NCBI GenBank assembly: GCA_002420425.1
Contig: DIIC01000017.1
Coordinates: forward strand, 12,052-76,051
Length of the DNA: 64,000 nucleotides
Direction: 5' to 3'
From: Proteobacteria bacterium UBA5680
GTDB lineage: Bacteria > Pseudomonadota > Gammaproteobacteria > Arenicellales > UBA5680
Positions 52,308 to 61,755 of this stretch are shown piece by piece. The notes under the pieces were generated by a model. The model worked only from the letters and a program-made list of their open reading frames with translations. It searched no databases and was not told the origin of the DNA. A program made the translations under genes and the position numbers. Position 1 is the first letter of the stretch; each line of letters begins with the position of its first letter.

Positions 52308-53032
52308 TTGAACTTGGAGTCAATATCGACCATGTTGCTACAGTTCGTCAGGCCAGAGGAACCCTCTTTCCTGATCCTGTAGAAGCGGCGATAGCAGCGA
52401 TTGATGCGGGAGCAGATCTGATTACATTGCATTTGCGTGAGGATCGACGCCATATTCAGGATAATGATCTCACACGAATGAGAGCAGCAATCTCCAATAG
52501 GGTAAATCTAGAGATGGCTGCGACCGAGGAGATGGTCAACATCGCGATTAGAGAAAAACCTGATGATGTTTGCCTGGTTCCTGAACATCGACAGGAACTG
52601 ACCACAGAGGGTGGGCTTAATGTTGCTGCGCAGCGGGATGTGATCTCACTTGTCTGCCAACGCCTCGCTTTGGCCGGAATTCGAGTCTCTCTGTTTATCG
52701 ATCCTGATCCGACACAGGTCCTGGCCAGTGCCGAAGTGGGTGCTGAGGCAATAGAGATCCATACGGGGCAGTTTGCCGAGACCCCTTTGGGTGATCAGCG
52801 TAAAGTTGAACTAGACCGTATCCATGGGGCCGTTCAAGCCGGTCTTGAACATGGTCTTCGGGTTAATGCAGGCCATGGCCTTAACTACGACAATGTACAG
52901 GAGGTGGCCTCAATTGAGGGTATCTCAGAGCTTAATATTGGTCACTCCATTATCGCTCAGTCGCTCTTTACCGGCATCCACTCTGCCGTTGGAGAGATGA
53001 AAAGATTGATGCTGGAGTCGATGCCGGATTGA
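52304..53032 (+). CDS. pdxJ: Pyridoxine 5'-phosphate synthase
   Basis: 242-aa ORF with LGVNIDHVATVRQARG, ITLHLREDRRHI, EIHTG and LNIGHSIIA. Confidence 0.95.
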   Translation: MIELGVNIDHVATVRQARGTLFPDPVEAAIAAIDAGADLITLHLREDRRHIQDNDLTRMRAAISNRVNLEMAATEEMVNIAIREKPDDVCLVPEHRQELTTEGGLNVAAQRDVISLVCQRLALAGIRVSLFIDPDPTQVLASAEVGAEAIEIHTGQFAETPLGDQRKVELDRIHGAVQAGLEHGLRVNAGHGLNYDNVQEVASIEGISELNIGHSIIAQSLFTGIHSAVGEMKRLMLESMPD

Positions 53033-53123
53033 GAGAGGATGGGGATCAAGATCCACTCACAAGGCCAGGGCTTGAGAAAAAAGCGGGCTCCATAAAGAGC
53101 AACATCCTGCGCTGGCCACTCAT

Positions 53124-53399
53124 TTAGTGTGGGGAGATAAAGCCTGAAGGTCGATCACCCAGTTCACCTTCCTGGAAGAGAAACCCAACCATGTGCGCTT
53201 CGATGATCTCAAGGGCATTTGGATCAGCAGTGGTTATCTGGTATTCATTGATAATGGCAGTGAGTCGTTCGAGCCACTGTCTCCAGCCTTCAGCAGAGAC
53301 ATTCTGAAAAATACGAATTCCGAGTTCTCCCGGGTAAGGGGGTGACTCCAGAGCTGGGGCCTCTTCCTTGAGGACAACACAATAAACCATTCTACTCAT
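53124..53399 (-). CDS. yggX: Fe(2+)-trafficking protein YggX family
   Basis: 91-aa ORF starting MSRMVYCVVLKEEAPALESPPYPGELGIRIF, with W.QWLERLTAIINE, collinear with E. coli YggX. Confidence 0.85.
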   Translation of the reverse strand: MSRMVYCVVLKEEAPALESPPYPGELGIRIFQNVSAEGWRQWLERLTAIINEYQITTADPNALEIIEAHMVGFLFQEGELGDRPSGFISPH

Positions 53400-53533
53400 A
53401 ATTTTAATACCAACCTGTTGAAGAATCTGAAAATGAAAAACCTTGCAGTTTCAATGGAAAATAGATGATTAGTTCTCTATTTGTCTACAATCTGCGATAA
53501 TTTCATTAATTCGAATTTGATTCAAGTGGGGAA

Positions 53534-53932
53534 GTGATGACGCAAAGTACTGCAGAAGTTCAAACAGCTCCTGAATATGCTAAAGAGATAACCAAAGAGG
53601 TGATCTCAATCACTCAGTCGGCCGGAGAGAAATTTGTCGAGTTGCTTAATCAAGCAGATGATGAGATCACCGGTGTTCGTGTATTTGTTGCTGGAGGCGG
53701 CTGTAGCGGGATGACCTATGGTATGACCTTTTCGACCACAGAACATGATACTGACGGCATTATTGCGGGAGAAGGATACAAAGTCTTTGTTGACCCCATC
53801 ACCGTCAACTTTATGGCGGGAGCAGAGATTGATTACATGGATAATGGCGTCAATGCCTCATTCATGTTCAATAATGTCTTCAAGTCAGTAGGAGGAAGTG
53901 GACTCTGTTCAGGGTGCGGAGGCGGAGGCTGA
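53534..53932 (+). CDS. HesB/IscA/ErpA-family A-type iron-sulfur carrier, non-canonical C-terminus
   Basis: 132-aa ORF (GTG 53534 or ATG 53537) with GVRVFVAGGGCSGMTYGMTF and FVDPITVNFMAGAEIDY as in ErpA. The C-terminus is GLCSGCGGGG instead of the usual CGCG.SF. Confidence 0.8.
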   Translation: MMTQSTAEVQTAPEYAKEITKEVISITQSAGEKFVELLNQADDEITGVRVFVAGGGCSGMTYGMTFSTTEHDTDGIIAGEGYKVFVDPITVNFMAGAEIDYMDNGVNASFMFNNVFKSVGGSGLCSGCGGGG

Positions 53933-54194
53933 AGCTGTAGCAGAAGCTGCGGATAAAGTGATCCCACCCTGTGGGGGTGGAGGACAATCTCCTGTTTGGG
54001 TGCTCCTGATTATTCCTCAAAGAAGCTGTTGAAAAACCCCTCTCCTGAAGAGTGCCAAAACACTCTGAGTGGGGTGCCTATCCTGGATTTATCTTCTCTC
54101 CTGCTCCTGATCCATGGAGAGCCGAGCAAGCCTTCCTCGACCTTAGAATTGCATAAAATTTGTAATTGGCCGATTATTGCCTTTAGAAGTTGGC

Positions 54195-54210
54195 GTTAAC
54201 CATGGTTAAC
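54195..54210. repeat. Perfect 16-bp palindrome GTTAACCATGGTTAAC upstream of the MscS-family gene (function unknown)
   Basis: Read directly; it is identical to its reverse complement. It lies in a 376-bp non-coding spacer, about 100 nt upstream of ATG 54309. Confidence 0.8.
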
Positions 54211-54308
54211 CCACTACCATAGGGGTTCTAACTGGAGTGATCCCGTCTCAATGGACATCAAGGTAAAATCAATTAGAGTGATAAAAAAGATTGGATGGAG
54301 AGAGCAAG

Positions 54309-55403
54309 ATGAATGGAATAGAGACAGTGGAGAGACTTTTCACCGTTTGGCTTGATTCTGCAGAACTCTGGGAGTGGGGGATCGCAGCGGCCACTCTTCT
54401 GTTGGCCCTCATTTTTCGAAGGGGGCTAGCCAGTGTGATCATTAAGCCACTGGCGATCCTCTCTCAACGCACAAAATCAGAACTTGATGACCGGGTGGTT
54501 GAGGCGATCAAGCCTCCACTTGCCGCTGCAGTGGTGTTGGCAGGGATCTATTTCGCTCTATCCATCGTACCTCCCCCTGTTGAACCTGTTGATGTCAGTG
54601 GATTTTTCTACTCAGTCATGAGTGTGGCGACCGGATTGGTTGTCGTCTACTCGCTTCATCGCCTGAGTTATGTCGTTGCTCAGCTCATGGATCATCTCTT
54701 TACCCGCTCAGACCCCACCCACAGAGGGAGCTTCCTCTCTCCCCTGCACCGATTCATGGCCATAACTGTTTGGCTGCTGGGTGGTGCAATGATAGCTCAG
54801 AATGCCGGATATGAGGTCTCAACACTGCTTACAGGGATTGGAATTGGCGGTGCTGCCCTGGCATTGGCTGCTAAAGATACACTCTCACACTTCTTTGGAT
54901 CTCTCACTCTCCTCTTCGACAAGCCTTTCCGGGTGGGAGACCGGATTGAACTCAGTGGTGATATCGATGGCATTGTTGAAGAGATCGGTTTTCGATCAAC
55001 CAAAGTGAGAAATTATGATCGGGCAATCGTGATTTTACCCAACAATGATCTTGCCAACAAATCAATCAAGAACTGGGCAGATATGGATAAGCGCCGCGTC
55101 AGGCAGACCATTGGAGTGACCTACGACGCGACCCCTTCCCAGATGGAAGAGGTGGTCGATGGGATTGAAAAAATATTAAAGAATGATCCCCTGGTTAATC
55201 AGGACTTTATGGCGGTCCGCTTCACGGAGTTTGGCCCCTCTTCACTGGATATCATGGTTCTTTACTACACAACACCGACAGACCTTGTGGGGCACTCAAG
55301 CGTCGTTCAAGCCAACAACCTAAAGATAATGAAGCTGCTGACTGAACGGGGGCTGGACTTTGCATTTCCAACACGCACTGTACATCTTGAACAGAGTGAT
55401 TGA
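54309..55403 (+). CDS. Mechanosensitive ion channel, MscS family
   Basis: N-terminal TM helices, then the MscS core FGSLTLLFDKPFRVGDRIELSGDIDGIVEEIGFRSTKVRNYD..VILPNNDLANKSIKN. ATG 54309 has a GGAGAG SD; the ORF opens at TTG 54291. Confidence 0.85.
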   Translation: MNGIETVERLFTVWLDSAELWEWGIAAATLLLALIFRRGLASVIIKPLAILSQRTKSELDDRVVEAIKPPLAAAVVLAGIYFALSIVPPPVEPVDVSGFFYSVMSVATGLVVVYSLHRLSYVVAQLMDHLFTRSDPTHRGSFLSPLHRFMAITVWLLGGAMIAQNAGYEVSTLLTGIGIGGAALALAAKDTLSHFFGSLTLLFDKPFRVGDRIELSGDIDGIVEEIGFRSTKVRNYDRAIVILPNNDLANKSIKNWADMDKRRVRQTIGVTYDATPSQMEEVVDGIEKILKNDPLVNQDFMAVRFTEFGPSSLDIMVLYYTTPTDLVGHSSVVQANNLKIMKLLTERGLDFAFPTRTVHLEQSD

Positions 55404-55414
55404 GTCAAAAACGC

Positions 55415-55882
55415 CTAGTTTCTGGCAGCCGGAGCAGGAACAGCTACTCTGAATAGATCGATGTAGCGGTCAATATCCTCCCGATCCCACTCTGACAGGG
55501 GGCTGAATCGAAAGAGATTGTGGTAATCATCCCACTCCTTTTGAGGAAGTTCCTCATCGGGAGAGAGTTCCTGGCGATCAACCGTTATCCATCCACGACG
55601 TTCTGAGAGTATCTCCTTTACGGGTGTCTGTGATGAGGGGTCATCTCTTACCACAGTTACACCTGGCGAAAAGGTCTTAACCAGGTGAAAGAGTACCGCA
55701 CACTCCCTGTCTCTGCCGCAGAGAAAAAGAGCAGGGCCATGGCGTTGGGAGGCATGTTTCAACAGTGCGCCTGTCGCTTCAATCTTGCGCTTCAGGGTGT
55801 CAGAAAGGGCGGCAGATGCCACATTGTTATCGGGGGCGGTGGGCTGAAGTTGGTTTTGGTGGGGTTCGTTCGCCGGTCCCAT
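55415..55882 (-). CDS. Hypothetical protein with weak resemblance to a shortened PAPS/APS reductase (CysH-like), PP-loop absent
   Basis: 155 aa from ATG 55882 (GGAGA SD; the ORF opens at TTG 55927). HGPALFLCGRDRECAVLFHLVKTFSPGVTVV resembles the CysH N-terminal strand-helix, and FRFSPLSEWDREDIDRYI resembles the CysH (V.P..DW...V..Y) motif. The central part is missing. Divergent from a CysB-like gene. Function call is tentative. Confidence 0.35.
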   Translation of the reverse strand: MGPANEPHQNQLQPTAPDNNVASAALSDTLKRKIEATGALLKHASQRHGPALFLCGRDRECAVLFHLVKTFSPGVTVVRDDPSSQTPVKEILSERRGWITVDRQELSPDEELPQKEWDDYHNLFRFSPLSEWDREDIDRYIDLFRVAVPAPAARN

Positions 55883-56049
55883 TGTATCTCTCCTAGACAG
55901 TGTCAGGCGTCCCTGATTTGTCTTCAATGACAGTGTGATAATCCAGTTCTCTTCTCTTGGAGGGTAATATAGGCGATTAAAATATATATAAATAATAATA
56001 TAAAATGCTATTATAATAATTAATAGGCATTAAGAATCGGTGGTAATCA

Positions 56050-57033
56050 GTGAAACTACGACAACTCCAGTATCTCCTTGAGGTCTCTCAAAATGGCTTG
56101 AACATCACTCAGGCCGCGAAGAGTCTCCATACGGCCCAGCCAGGGATCAGCCGTCAGATCAGACAGTTAGAAGAGGAGTTAGGGGTAGAGTGTTTTGAAA
56201 GGAATGGCCGTCATCTTATAGCCATCACTCCTGCCGGACGGGAGATACTGGTTCATGCCGAACGTCTGATGGGAGAAGTTGCCAATATTGTCCAGGTTGC
56301 GGAGGAAAACAGAAGCCCGGATCGCGGGGCCTTTGCGGTAGGAGTTCACCACCTGCCGGCACGCTATCTTATGCCTGATCTGATCAATACCTATCAGCAG
56401 CACTATCCACAAATCACCCTCTCTCTCTGCCAGGGGGATGAGAGTGACCTTACCGAAAAAGTTAAAACCGGGGCAGTTGAATTTGCCATAACCTCTCGCC
56501 TGCCTGTTGAGTTTGATGAGTTGGTTGTGCTCCCCTGTTTTCGTTCTATGTGGCGCCTGCTCCTTCCTGTGGATCACCCTCTTGTTAACAGGAAGCCGTT
56601 GACGCTTGAAGCGCTGGCAAAGGTTCCTCTGGCCTGCTATGGCGTGAGCGATCGGGAGGGGAGGCGTAATCCGCTCTCTCGGGCCTTTCAGAGCAAAGGG
56701 CTGAAGCCCAACAGGGTGATCCAGGCTCTTGATGCTGATGTCATAAAGACCTATGTAAAAAGTGGATATGCTGTCGGGCTTCTCGAACACATGGCACTTG
56801 AGGGAGATCATGACGAGTCTCTGGCGGTAAAAAAAGTTGACCATCTTTTTGAGGTTGAAACAGTCTGTATTATTTTGCGAAAACGGGCAGCTTTGAGAAG
56901 TTACACCTATGATTTTATCAATCTGCTTGCTGACCATCTGAGACAACCGATCATTGATCAGGCACTGGTTGCTGATGACCCGACTCGAAGGCAGATCTTT
57001 AATACCCTTCTTCTCGATCTTGATAGACGTTAG
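56050..57033 (+). CDS. cysB: LysR-family transcriptional regulator, CysB/Cbl-like
   Basis: 327-aa ORF (GTG start). MKLRQLQYLLEVSQNGLNITQAAKSLHTAQPGISRQIRQLEEELGVECFERNGRHL is collinear with the E. coli CysB N-terminus, as are ADVIKTYV and LRSYTYDFI. Assigning it to CysB rather than a paralogue is uncertain. Confidence 0.75.
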   Translation: MKLRQLQYLLEVSQNGLNITQAAKSLHTAQPGISRQIRQLEEELGVECFERNGRHLIAITPAGREILVHAERLMGEVANIVQVAEENRSPDRGAFAVGVHHLPARYLMPDLINTYQQHYPQITLSLCQGDESDLTEKVKTGAVEFAITSRLPVEFDELVVLPCFRSMWRLLLPVDHPLVNRKPLTLEALAKVPLACYGVSDREGRRNPLSRAFQSKGLKPNRVIQALDADVIKTYVKSGYAVGLLEHMALEGDHDESLAVKKVDHLFEVETVCIILRKRAALRSYTYDFINLLADHLRQPIIDQALVADDPTRRQIFNTLLLDLDRR

Positions 57034-57320
57034 TGATACGAACCTGATCGAGTCATCTGTTTTTGTTATTCACACCGCCTGTGGATAAGGGTGTGAGCAA
57101 CTGGCAAAGGGGTATTAAGTGATGGACTATGGTTGGCTGCTTAAAAAATAGACAATAAAATTAAGGTATAAAAATCAACAGGAAAGCATAGTTTGGTTGA
57201 GTTGAATAGTAGTCATGGGTGATAACATCTTAATCTTCTGTTGTCTCAAAGAGGTTGAGTAAGTCTGATAAACCATCATCTCTGCTGAACGGCATTTGAA
57301 GGGGGTGCATGGCATGAAGT

Positions 57321-57396
57321 TGGCTCCCCGGGACAGACTCGAACTGCCGACAAGGTGGTTAACAGCCACCCGCTCTACCAACTGAGCTACCGGGGA
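57321..57396 (-). tRNA. tRNA-Asn (anticodon GTT)
   Basis: 76-nt cloverleaf on the minus strand: acceptor TCCCCGG/CCGGGGA, D arm GCTC-AGTTGGTA-GAGC, anticodon arm GGTGG-CTGTTAA-CCACC, T arm GGCAG-TTCGAGT-CTGTC, encoded CCA. Confidence 0.95.
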
Positions 57397-57412
57397 ATAG
57401 TTTGGGAGGGCA

Positions 57413-57441
57413 ATCCTAAGTCGATGTCCACGATGGGTCAA
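57413..57441 (-). promoter_or_regulatory. Candidate sigma70 promoter for tRNA-Asn
   Basis: On the minus strand: TTGACC (57441-57436), 17-nt spacer, TAGGAT (57418-57413), then a GC-rich discriminator. The tRNA 5' end lies 16 nt downstream, and an A/T-rich tract upstream could be an UP element. Confidence 0.45.
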
Positions 57442-57504
57442 GCGGTGAGTTAAAAAATTATCAACATCAGTTCCTGCTCTACACTCTTCTTGGGCTATCT
57501 CCAG

Positions 57505-58101
57505 TCACCCCGGGCATGTTTTGGCTTTGTCCTGCCGGGTCAGCCCCATGATGGAGACGACGATTCGCTGTTGAGTCTTTGAAATTTCTCGGTTACAAAA
57601 ATTAAAGCTGCCGAACTGGCTGGTGAGGCCGCTGGCTTTGAAGGTGATGTAGCTTTGTGATCGATTATTGAATGAGATGGTCGTTTTGTCATCACCTGGG
57701 TCAATCCTCTCCAGGATGAGTTCATCCGGACTGCGCCGGCCATCACCATCTTCATCAACAAAGAGTATCCATCCCTCATTCCACTCGTTTCCATTGCCAC
57801 ATTGAGGCGAGGGGTCACCCCCTCTGCTTTGACATACCGTTGTAGTGATGCCCTGGAGCACTGCCTCATTACGTGCTCTGGCGAGAGTGGTCTCCAGTCG
57901 TTCGATCAAGTAGGTATAACGTTGGCCGCTCAAGAGCTGATTTAATGGCATCTCTGCAAACATCGACAGGACGGCCAGAATAATGGCGACAAGGAGCAGA
58001 TCAATAAGTGTAAGGCCAGCATCACTCTGGTGTGGGTAGGCAGGCTTCCTGTGGGGCTGGTCTCCGCAGGAAGCCTGATAGATGTCTCCAAATGGTGTCA
58101 T
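57505..58101 (-). CDS. Type IV pilus/T2SS minor pseudopilin, FimT/GspH-like
   Basis: 198-aa ORF with the prepilin-like segment DAGLTLIDLLLVAIILAVL, the GspH/FimT-type pattern LETTLARARNEAVLQGITTTVC, and EGWILFVDEDGDGRRSPDELIL. Confidence 0.7.
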   Translation of the reverse strand: MTPFGDIYQASCGDQPHRKPAYPHQSDAGLTLIDLLLVAIILAVLSMFAEMPLNQLLSGQRYTYLIERLETTLARARNEAVLQGITTTVCQSRGGDPSPQCGNGNEWNEGWILFVDEDGDGRRSPDELILERIDPGDDKTTISFNNRSQSYITFKASGLTSQFGSFNFCNREISKTQQRIVVSIMGLTRQDKAKTCPG

Positions 58102-58204
58102 TGCCGTACATCCTTGTACGAGTGTGTGGTTATTTTGACCCCAAAAACCAGGGTTGGTTCATCTTGGCTCTGAAGTTAAGGGTCAGGAGGGGAACTTAGG
58201 GCAT

Positions 58205-59395
58205 CTATCCCTTGAGTAGATTCTCGATGCGGTCAATGGCCTCGTCCAGTGTCTTAAGGTCAGTGGCATACGAGAAGCGAATAAAACCGGGTGCTCCAAA
58301 GGCAGTTCCCGGAACCAGGGCGACCTCAGCACTGTCCAGAATCCATGCGGAGAGCTCAAGATCATTAGTCATATTATCGATGCCGGAAATTGCTCCAGAA
58401 AAATCAGGAAAGGCATAGAAAGTGCCTGCACAGGGTTGACAGCTGACGCCGTCGATTCTGTTCAGGCGATCGACGACATGATCGTGTCGTACCTTAAAGG
58501 CCTCTACCATCGGCGGAATGAAATCCTGAGGCCCGGTGAGCGCTTCAAGGGCTGCCGCCTGGGAGATGGAGGCGGCATTTGAGGTGCTCTGTCCCTGGAT
58601 CTTGCGCATTGCTCTAATCACATTAGCGGGACCAGCGGCATAGCCGATTCGCCATCCTGTCATGGCATAGGCTTTGGAGACGCCATTGATGACCATCACC
58701 TGATCTTTTAGCTCCGGGCAGGCCATGGCGATATTAGTGAAGGGTTCATCTGTCCAGAGAACATGTTCATAGATATCATCACTGGCAATCAATACTTCTG
58801 GATGTTCTCGCAGCACCTCTCCTAAGGCTTCAAGTTGACCTCGGCTGTAGACGGCACCTGTTGGATTGCTTGGGCTATTGAGAATAAACAGTTTGGTTTT
58901 TTCGCTAATTGCGGCCGCAAGCTGATCAGGCGTGATGAGGAATCCGGAGGCCATATCTGCTTCGACGATGACAGGTTTACCCCCAGCCAGTTTCACAATA
59001 TCGGGGTATGAGACCCAGTAGGGCGCTGGGATGATCACCTCATCACCCTCACCAATAAGGGCCATTATCATGTTGTAGAGAGAGTGCTTGGCCCCCGCAG
59101 AGACCAGGATCTGACTGAGGTCATAGTCAAGGCCATTCTCGCGGGAGAATTTATCCAGAACGGCCTGTTTGAGTTCTGGAGTACCGTCAACTGCGGTGTA
59201 GCGGGTCATTCCTCTGGCGATAGCATCAACGGCCGCATCTTTGATATTCTGAGGGGTGTCAAAATCAGGTTCACCGGCACCCAGGCCAATGACATCACGC
59301 CCTTGTGCACGCAATTCACGAGCACGGGTTGTAACCGCCAGGGTGGGTGAAGGCTTAATCAACTGTACTCGATCAGATAACGTAAATTCGGTCAA
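58205..59395 (-). CDS. aspC: Aspartate/aromatic aminotransferase, class I
   Basis: 396-aa ORF with GAGEPDFDTP, NSPSNPTGAVY, the PLP-lysine context SKAYAMTGWRIGY and IRFSYA. Confidence 0.9.
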   Translation of the reverse strand: MTEFTLSDRVQLIKPSPTLAVTTRARELRAQGRDVIGLGAGEPDFDTPQNIKDAAVDAIARGMTRYTAVDGTPELKQAVLDKFSRENGLDYDLSQILVSAGAKHSLYNMIMALIGEGDEVIIPAPYWVSYPDIVKLAGGKPVIVEADMASGFLITPDQLAAAISEKTKLFILNSPSNPTGAVYSRGQLEALGEVLREHPEVLIASDDIYEHVLWTDEPFTNIAMACPELKDQVMVINGVSKAYAMTGWRIGYAAGPANVIRAMRKIQGQSTSNAASISQAAALEALTGPQDFIPPMVEAFKVRHDHVVDRLNRIDGVSCQPCAGTFYAFPDFSGAISGIDNMTNDLELSAWILDSAEVALVPGTAFGAPGFIRFSYATDLKTLDEAIDRIENLLKG

Positions 59396-59477
59396 TGTTG
59401 GAATCCTCTGAAGATGAAAATAAGAAATAAAAATAGGTATCGAATTTTAACGGTATCCGACCCTGTGAGCGAGTGAA

Positions 59478-61520
<2,043 letters not shown>

Positions 61521-61548
61521 TTACTTGCTGTTTTTGGCTCTATCTGCC

Positions 61549-61578
61549 TTGATCTCCACCCATCAGCCCATGTAGAAT
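61549..61578 (+). promoter_or_regulatory. Candidate sigma70 promoter for tRNA-Val
   Basis: TTGATC (61549-61554), 18-nt spacer, TAGAAT (61573-61578), followed by the GC-rich discriminator TCCGCGC typical of stable-RNA promoters. The tRNA starts 15 nt downstream. Confidence 0.4.
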
Positions 61579-61592
61579 TCCGCGCTCACTGA

Positions 61593-61669
61593 AGGCGCGT
61601 AGCTCAGCTGGTTAGAGCACCACCTTGACATGGTGGGGGTCGGTGGTTCGAGTCCACTCGTGCCTACCA
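61593..61669 (+). tRNA. tRNA-Val (anticodon GAC)
   Basis: 77-nt cloverleaf: acceptor AGGCGCG/CGTGCCT (one G-U pair), D arm GCTC-AGCTGGTTA-GAGC, anticodon arm CCACC-TTGACAT-GGTGG, T arm GGTGG-TTCGAGT-CCACT, encoded CCA. Very similar to E. coli tRNA-Val(GAC). Confidence 0.95.
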
Positions 61670-61755
61670 GTTCATAACCTCTAGAGGTATAAGCGTGCAC
61701 CTTCGGCAACTCTTGTTAACCCTATTTTCCTGCGCATTTTGCGCCGTCCTCTGAT

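Noticed and set aside
54037-54074. Imperfect 38-nt hairpin (CCCC-T-CTC ... AGAGTG-ccaaaa-CACTCT-GAG-T-GGGG) downstream of the HesB-like gene, considered as a terminator or sRNA.
   Set aside because: It is not followed by a clear U-tract, and I could pair no promoter with it. Too weak to annotate.
53996-54199. 67-aa ORF in the spacer before the MscS-family gene.
   Set aside because: It has a TTG start with a poorly spaced SD and no recognisable motif. Its stop falls inside the palindrome by coincidence. Treated as non-coding.
57080-57088. Perfect DnaA box TGTGGATAA in the loop of a TCACACC/GGTGTGA hairpin downstream of the CysB-like gene.
   Set aside because: A single 9-mer match is expected about 0.5 times by chance in 64 kb on two strands. 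There is no box cluster, AT-rich unwinding element or dnaA/dnaN context.
57034-57320. Possible genomic-island integration at the 3' end of tRNA-Asn.
   Set aside because: There is no integrase, no direct repeat of the tRNA 3' end that I could find, and only 287 bp of spacer before an ordinary regulator gene.
57175-57441. 88-aa minus-strand ORF.
   Set aside because: It overlaps the entire tRNA-Asn gene and its promoter, so it is spurious.
59396-59477. Looked for a LexA/SOS box (CTG-N10-CAG) upstream of uvrB.
   Set aside because: I found only CTGT ... ACAG separated by 16 nt. There is no canonical gammaproteobacterial SOS box.
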